Assembly: GCA_045127535.1 (NCBI GenBank) | Contig: JBGVQN010000009.1 | Coordinates: 54,786 to 118,785, forward strand | Length of the DNA stretch: 64,000 bases | Reading direction: 5' to 3' | Source: Lachnospiraceae bacterium | GTDB lineage: Bacteria > Bacillota > Clostridia > Lachnospirales > Lachnospiraceae | Program-made: the position numbers and the translations under genes | In this document: in pieces, positions 58,984 through 64,000 of the stretch | Layout of the letters: the number at the start of each line of letters is the position of its first letter | Position numbering within the stretch: the first letter of the stretch is position 1 | The notes under the pieces: generated by a model | Databases searched by the model: none | What the model saw: only the letters and a program-made list of their open reading frames with translations | What the model was told of the DNA's origin: nothing

Positions 58984-59889
58984 ATGAGCAGAAAGGTATT
59001 GGTAACTGGAGGAACTGTATTTGTCAGCAGGTATGTGGCAGAGTATTTTGCCGGTCAGGGAGATCAGGTATATGTATTAAACCGCAACAGCAGACCCCAG
59101 TCTCCCGGTGTGACTTTGATTGAGGCAGACCGGAGTCAGTTAGGAGATGTGTTAAAGGGATATGACTTTGATGCAGTATTGGATATTACTGCATATACAA
59201 AAGAGGACGTAGCACATCTGCTGGATGCGTTGGACAGTGTGGGACAGTATATTTTCATCAGCTCCAGTGCAGTATATCCGGAAACACTGCCCCAGCCTTT
59301 TACTGAGGAGCAGGTATGCGGCCCCAATGCAGTATGGGGTGCATATGGTACCAATAAATTGGAGGCTGAACAGTACCTGTCAGAGCGGGTACCGCAGGCG
59401 TACATTCTCAGACCTCCTTATCTGTATGGCCCTATGCAGAATCTGTACCGGGAAGGACTGCCCTTTGACTGCGCAGAACAGAACCGTCCCTTTTACCTGC
59501 CGGGAGATGGCAGCATGCCGCTGCAGTTTTTCCATGTAGAGGATCTGTGCCGGTTTATGGAATGTCTGTTGGACAAGCAGCCAGAGCAGCGGATCTGGAA
59601 TGTGGGAAATCCAGAGATCGTGGATATCCGTCAGTGGGTAACCTTGTGCTATGAAGCAGTAGGTGTCACGCCGGAGTTTGTATCAGTAGATCAGACCCAT
59701 GGACAGAGAAGCTATTTCTGCTTCCATGATTATGGATATCAGCTGGATGTGACAAAGCAGCAGGCGCTGATGCCGGAGGTAAAGCCTCTGGCAGAGGGAT
59801 TAAAGGAATCCTATGCATGGTATCAGGTACATAAGGATTCTGTAGTGAAAAAACCTTATCTGGAATATATTGATACAGTGTTGAGATAA
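58984..59889 (+). CDS. NAD-dependent epimerase/dehydratase family protein (SDR)
   Basis: The N-terminus VLVTGGTVFVSRYVAEYF is a GxxGxxG-like Rossmann motif. A YxxxK context is present. Confidence 0.7.
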   Translation: MSRKVLVTGGTVFVSRYVAEYFAGQGDQVYVLNRNSRPQSPGVTLIEADRSQLGDVLKGYDFDAVLDITAYTKEDVAHLLDALDSVGQYIFISSSAVYPETLPQPFTEEQVCGPNAVWGAYGTNKLEAEQYLSERVPQAYILRPPYLYGPMQNLYREGLPFDCAEQNRPFYLPGDGSMPLQFFHVEDLCRFMECLLDKQPEQRIWNVGNPEIVDIRQWVTLCYEAVGVTPEFVSVDQTHGQRSYFCFHDYGYQLDVTKQQALMPEVKPLAEGLKESYAWYQVHKDSVVKKPYLEYIDTVLR

Positions 59890-59897
59890 TCAGTCAT

Positions 59898-59940
59898 CCC
59901 CATATCCCCTTTTCAAAAGAGGGGATATGGGGATTTTTAT
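59898..59940 (+). terminator. rho-independent terminator
   Basis: A perfect 13-bp stem, CCCCATATCCCCT / AGGGGATATGGGG, with a 9-nt loop, then ATTTTTAT. Confidence 0.7.
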
Positions 59941-60475
59941 GTGATGCGTCCATGGCAGGAGCGGATCAGACAGGAGCATGGTACAAGATCATCCATTGCT
60001 TTTGTATGTATTTCCTGTTACACTGTACTTGCAGCTGCCTGCTGTGTGGTAAGCAGCACAGTGCGCCAGGGTGTCCCAAAGCGTATTCTGCGGCAGTCTG
60101 TATACGCAGGTTCGAGTCCTGCCCGAAAGAGTCCGGGGAAAGCATGCTTTTATTGCCCAAGCCGGATTCAGATCGGCCAAGTGGTTTTGGATAGCCGGAA
60201 ACGGCAGCAAGTATTTATGATCAAACCCTAAATCATCAGGTATGGGCATTTCCTTCTGTCGCTGACAGAGGGGATGTCCATGCCACGGAATATCTGCCTT
60301 GTCCTAAGGAGGATACCGGATGGGAAATGGGCAGGAGCGCCTGACTGCAAATACTCTCTGTGGGAGATCCTGCAAAGAGCTTGCAGCAGGCTTCTGCTGC
60401 GGCTCTCATTCTGAATCCTTTGGCCGCAGATATTCCGGAAAGATGAGGGATCAGATGAAGTGGGGAGGAACCAAG

Positions 60476-61576
60476 ATGAAGACAATTATTACTGAAAACC
60501 AAAGAGGTCTTTTATTTAAAAATGGCAGACTGATCAAATTATTAGAGCCGGGAGCCTATCATACCTTTGGAAACAGCCGCATTGAGGTGGTCGATACCAA
60601 TCAGGAGGTCTGTTCAGACAGCTGTGATCTGGAAAGTCTGCTGCAGAATTCTGACATTGCTGCCCGGACTGTGGCAGTAGAGGTGTCTGATGAACAGCTG
60701 GCCATTCATTTTGTCAATGGCAATTTCAGGGAGTGTCTCACTGCAGGAAAGTATGCCTTTTGGTCTGTCTCAGAAAAGCATACTTTTTTATTGGCAGATA
60801 TTTCTGCGCCTGAGGTGTCTGAGGAGATTCCGGAGTACATCCTCCATTGTGTGCCGGAGCGCCATTACACCAAGGTTTCTGTAGAAGAATACCAAAAAGC
60901 CAGATTGTATTACAATAAACGCTTTGTGCGGCTGTTGGATGCAGGTACCTATTATTTTTGGAAGAACCACATTCAGGTGGATGCAGAGCTTGTGGATACC
61001 AGACTGATCCAGATGGACATAACCGGTCAGGAGGTATTGACCAAGGACAAAGTAGCAGTGCGGATCAATTTTGTGTGCCATTACCGGATCACAGATTATG
61101 TCAAGATCGTAACAGAAATAGATGATTTTAAGGGACAGATGCATGTGGCAGCTCAGCTGGCGCTTCGGGAGTACATAGGCAAGTATAGCATTGATGAGAT
61201 CCTGGATAACAAGGAGCAGCTGTCTCAGTATGTATTTGAAAAGTTAAAGGAGAAGGAAAATCAGTTTTACATTGAGCTGGCAGATGCAGGCATTCGGGAT
61301 ATTATCCTGCCGGGAGAGGTGCGGGAAATCATGAACACAGTCCTGCTGGCAGAAAAGCGTGCCCAGGCCAATGTGATCACCCGCAGGGAAGAAGTGGCGT
61401 CCACCCGTTCTCTTTTAAATACAGCCAGACTGATGGATGAAAACAAGACCCTGTATCAGTTAAAGGAGTTAGAGTATATTGAACGTATCTGCGAAAATGT
61501 AGGCAGCATCCATGTCACCGGCGGCGGAGATCTGCTGACCCAGCTTATGAGCATGATACAGAAACCCAAAGAATAA
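60476..61576 (+). CDS. SPFH/band-7 domain protein with triplicated N-terminal beta-hairpin segment
   Basis: The RBS GGGGAGGAA lies 5 nt before the ATG. Three tandem copies of an x-G-x-L-x-x-L-x-PG-x-Y-x-F segment occur, then an SPFH core reading VAVRINFVCHYRI...AQLALREYIGKYSIDEIL. Confidence 0.6.
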   Translation: MKTIITENQRGLLFKNGRLIKLLEPGAYHTFGNSRIEVVDTNQEVCSDSCDLESLLQNSDIAARTVAVEVSDEQLAIHFVNGNFRECLTAGKYAFWSVSEKHTFLLADISAPEVSEEIPEYILHCVPERHYTKVSVEEYQKARLYYNKRFVRLLDAGTYYFWKNHIQVDAELVDTRLIQMDITGQEVLTKDKVAVRINFVCHYRITDYVKIVTEIDDFKGQMHVAAQLALREYIGKYSIDEILDNKEQLSQYVFEKLKEKENQFYIELADAGIRDIILPGEVREIMNTVLLAEKRAQANVITRREEVASTRSLLNTARLMDENKTLYQLKELEYIERICENVGSIHVTGGGDLLTQLMSMIQKPKE

Positions 61577-61606
61577 AAATACCAGGTGTGTCCTGACAAA
61601 ATCCAT

Positions 61607-61662
61607 AAACAGGATGAATTTGTAAACTCGTTTACAGATTCATCCTGTTTCTTGCTTTTCTG
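61607..61662 (+). terminator. rho-independent terminator
   Basis: A 20-bp stem, AAACAGGATGAATTTGTAAA / TTTACAGATTCATCCTGTTT, then CTTGCTTTTCTG. Confidence 0.55.
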
Positions 61663-61680
61663 AGATCTTAGAACCTCTGC

Positions 61681-61751
61681 GATTTCACCGAAGTGGGAGC
61701 GAGTCAAACGTGTCCTTACGACACGTTGCGTCAAACAATCCACTCATTGCC
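61681..61751 (+). repeat. degenerate partial copy of the repeat
   Basis: TTCACCGAAGTGGGAGCGAGTCAAACGTGTCCTTACGACACGTT...CATTGCC is a core-to-right-end remnant. Confidence 0.45.
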
Positions 61752-61908
61752 TGACATCACAAATGCAGCTTCTATGTATAAATTTCCTGTATGAAACCAT
61801 ACTAGCAGTAAAGCAGTGATAGTTTTCCTGGCTGCAGCAAATGGATTTGATTTGCTGCAGGGGGGAAATGGAGATAGCTGCATATAGTGCAGCGGAAAAC
61901 GAGGTTGT

Positions 61909-62919
61909 ATGGGAAGACAGGGAAAAGCCAGTTTAAAATTTGAAAATCCGCCTGGGATCATTTCTACAGGATGTGTGGCAGGAAAAAAAGAGGGAGAGGG
62001 GCCCTTGGGCAGCCTGATCGATGAGATCGTGACAGATCCAATGGCAGGAAAAAACACCTGGGAAGAAGCAGAAAGTGAGCTGCAGACCAGAGCAGCACAG
62101 CATGCCATTGAAAAAGCAGGTATTTCTGCAAATCGTATCCGGTATTTGTTTGCAGGAGATCTGCTGGGGCAGAGCATTGCGTCTACCTTTGGATTGATGG
62201 ACATGAATGTGCCTTTGTTTGGATTGTATGGAGCATGTTCTACCATGGGGGAATCCCTGGCTCTTGGCAGTGCATTTGTCAATGCAGGCTATGGAGAGTT
62301 TGTCATGTGTGTGACCTCCAGTCATTTTGCCAGTGCGGAAAAGCAGTTTCGGTTCCCACTGGATTATGGGAATCAGCGACCCTTTGCAGCGACCTGGACA
62401 GTCACCGGCTCCGGTGCAGTGATCCTGGGGCAAAATGGGGGCAATGTATGTGTAAAGGGCATTACCACGGGGAAAATCGTAGATTATGGCATCCGTGATT
62501 CCATGAATATGGGGGCAGCCATGGCTCCTGCAGCTGCTGAGACCATACACCGCAATCTTCTGGATTTTGGTGTGGATCCTGGTTATTACGATAAAATTAT
62601 TACAGGTGATTTGGGAGAAGTAGGGCAGCAGGCGCTGATCGATCTGTTGGCCAAAAAGAATTGTGACATTTCTGACTGCCATATGGACTGCGGTATAGAG
62701 ATATTTGACGGAAAGACCCAGGATACCCATGCAGGAGGCAGCGGATGCGGCTGTGCAGCAGTGACCCTGTGCGCCAAGCTGATCAGGAAATTAGAGGATA
62801 AGGAATGGAGAAGGATCCTGTTTGTACCCACAGGCGCTTTGCTGTCTCCCACCAGCTTTAATGAGGGACAGAATATTCCGGGCATTGCCCATGCAATTAT
62901 ATTAGAAAGAAGACAGTAA
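61909..62919 (+). CDS. spoVAD: stage V sporulation protein AD
   Basis: A thiolase-like SpoVAD reading ISTGCVAGKKEGEGPLG...GLYGACSTMGESLALG. Confidence 0.85.
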   Translation: MGRQGKASLKFENPPGIISTGCVAGKKEGEGPLGSLIDEIVTDPMAGKNTWEEAESELQTRAAQHAIEKAGISANRIRYLFAGDLLGQSIASTFGLMDMNVPLFGLYGACSTMGESLALGSAFVNAGYGEFVMCVTSSHFASAEKQFRFPLDYGNQRPFAATWTVTGSGAVILGQNGGNVCVKGITTGKIVDYGIRDSMNMGAAMAPAAAETIHRNLLDFGVDPGYYDKIITGDLGEVGQQALIDLLAKKNCDISDCHMDCGIEIFDGKTQDTHAGGSGCGCAAVTLCAKLIRKLEDKEWRRILFVPTGALLSPTSFNEGQNIPGIAHAIILERRQ

Positions 62920-62978
62920 AAAAGAATGGTCTATGCATATTTTGTCTGATGATGAATCATGGTGCCGGGAGGTAAGAT

Positions 62979-63335
62979 ATGGATTATGTAAAAGCATTTG
63001 TGGTAGGAGGACTGATCTGCTGTTTGGTACAGCTGCTGATGGATAAGACAAAGCTGATGCCGGGAAGAATTATGGTACTGCTGGTAGTCAGCGGGTGTAT
63101 CCTGGGGGCGATAGGAATTTATGAGCCGTTCCTGGAATGGGCAGGAGCGGGAGCGTCTGTCCCCCTTTTGGGATTCGGGAATACTCTGTGGAAAGGAATG
63201 AAAGAAGCAATTGATGCAGACGGGGCTCTTGGATTGTTTAAAGGTGGCTTTACAGCCAGTGCAGTGGGAATTTCAGGGGCACTTATATTTGGGTATCTGG
63301 CATCCCTCGTTTTCTCTCCTAGGATGAAAGGATAG
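62979..63335 (+). CDS. spoVAE: stage V sporulation protein AE (SpoVAEB-type)
   Basis: A 118-aa membrane protein with GASVPLLGFGNTLWKG. It follows spoVAD. Confidence 0.75.
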   Translation: MDYVKAFVVGGLICCLVQLLMDKTKLMPGRIMVLLVVSGCILGAIGIYEPFLEWAGAGASVPLLGFGNTLWKGMKEAIDADGALGLFKGGFTASAVGISGALIFGYLASLVFSPRMKG

Positions 63336-63370
63336 ACTGCATGAGACAAATGCAGGATACGATCAAAGAA

Positions 63371-63426
63371 CAGACAGTACAATCTGCAATTTCCTATATT
63401 GCAGAGTGCATTGTCTGTTTTTTATT
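63371..63426 (+). terminator. rho-independent terminator after spoVAD-spoVAE
   Basis: A long hairpin, ACAGACAGTACAATCTGCAAT...ATTGCAGAGTGCATTGTCTGT, then TTTTTTATT. Confidence 0.6.
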
Positions 63427-63622
63427 CATAAGATATAGAAAGTTGGGAAGGGTGCTTTCTGTTGTTTATGGCAATAGAAAGCCTGCAGCACAGGGAAAGG
63501 ATACCATTGAATTTGCGTGAAGATGATCTTGAAAAAGCAGGGATATGGATTTGTATGATTTTTCCTATGGAGAACAGGTGAAAAAATGGTATAGTAAAAA
63601 ATGAAAAAAATGAAAAAAAGTT

Positions 63623-63795
63623 GTTGACAAATTCTGCGCCTGGTGATAAGATATGTTCTGTTGCTGATGAACAACAGCGACACAATAAAAACAATTCAGA
63701 CACAATTCAATAAATTGTAAATGCTTCTTAAAAAGCTTTCATGAAAGAAAGAAAAATTTTTGAAAAAAGGTATTGACAAATCTTGAAAATGTGAT
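63623..63795 (+). promoter_or_regulatory. tandem sigma-A-type promoters at window end (possibly driving an rRNA/tRNA operon beyond the window)
   Basis: P1 is TTGACA, 17 nt, then TAAGAT. P2 is TTGACA, 16 nt, then an extended -10, TGTGATATACT. A purine-rich non-coding leader follows. Confidence 0.35.
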
Positions 63796-64000
63796 ATACT
63801 GAATAAGCTGACTTGAGAGAGAAAGAAAACAAAGCTCGAAAGAAAGCACAGAACCTTGGCAACTGAACAGTATAACCAACCTCGAAAATTCTTAAAGAAG
63901 CAGGACTGCGAACTGTAGCGGTACCTGTGGATGAGAATGTTCAAGAAAAAGAACGAACCTAAAACAGTAAGAAAACGGAAGTTTCAAACGGGAAGTTTTA

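Noticed and set aside
59941-60475. ORFs at 59941-60231 and 59952-60194 (80-96 aa) in the gap between the epimerase terminator and the SPFH gene, and the long N-terminal extension of the 60320 ORF
   Set aside because: They have no RBS, are Cys/Arg-rich with odd composition, and overlap in several frames. The SPFH gene has a strong RBS (GGGGAGGAA) at its internal ATG 60476. The region is more likely a 5' leader.

Overview
This 64 kb window looks like chromosomal DNA from a low-GC, endospore-forming anaerobe (Clostridia, Lachnospiraceae-like). It is mostly housekeeping and sporulation genes on the + strand. Recognised genes include a 5'-truncated ABC exporter, an NTP_transf_5-like gene, dut, a ThyX-like gene, nrdG, ldhA, sigK, mazG, comM, dprA, topA, codY, rpsB, tsf, valS with a T-box leader, spoIIAA-spoIIAB-sigF, spoVAA-AB-AC, pnuC, trkA-trkH, and spoVAD-spoVAE. 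Three things are not explained by ordinary annotation. (1) A family of about 12 palindromic, MITE-like intergenic repeats ends in the motif ...CGTCCGGTAAcgtGTTTCACAATTGCC. Its central hairpin shows compensatory base changes between copies. Copies flank trkH in inverted orientation and bracket an 11.6 kb segment that separates spoVAC from spoVAD. The outer terminus repeatedly sits 27-36 nt upstream of start codons. (2) An uncharacterised three-gene operon encodes a 1073-aa protein, an SBD-less Hsp70/actin-fold ATPase and a TPR protein, downstream of a pyruvyl-transferase-like gene with a coiled-coil tail. (3) A low-GC islet carrying a lysis-like cassette and a possible group-II-intron maturase remnant replaces the usual pyrH-frr neighbours of rpsB-tsf. 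Other points are a ThyX-like protein that appears to lack the RHR motif, next to dut and an orphan nrdG; a sigK that starts at TTG with no pro-sequence; and an attenuator-like leader upstream of pnuC.
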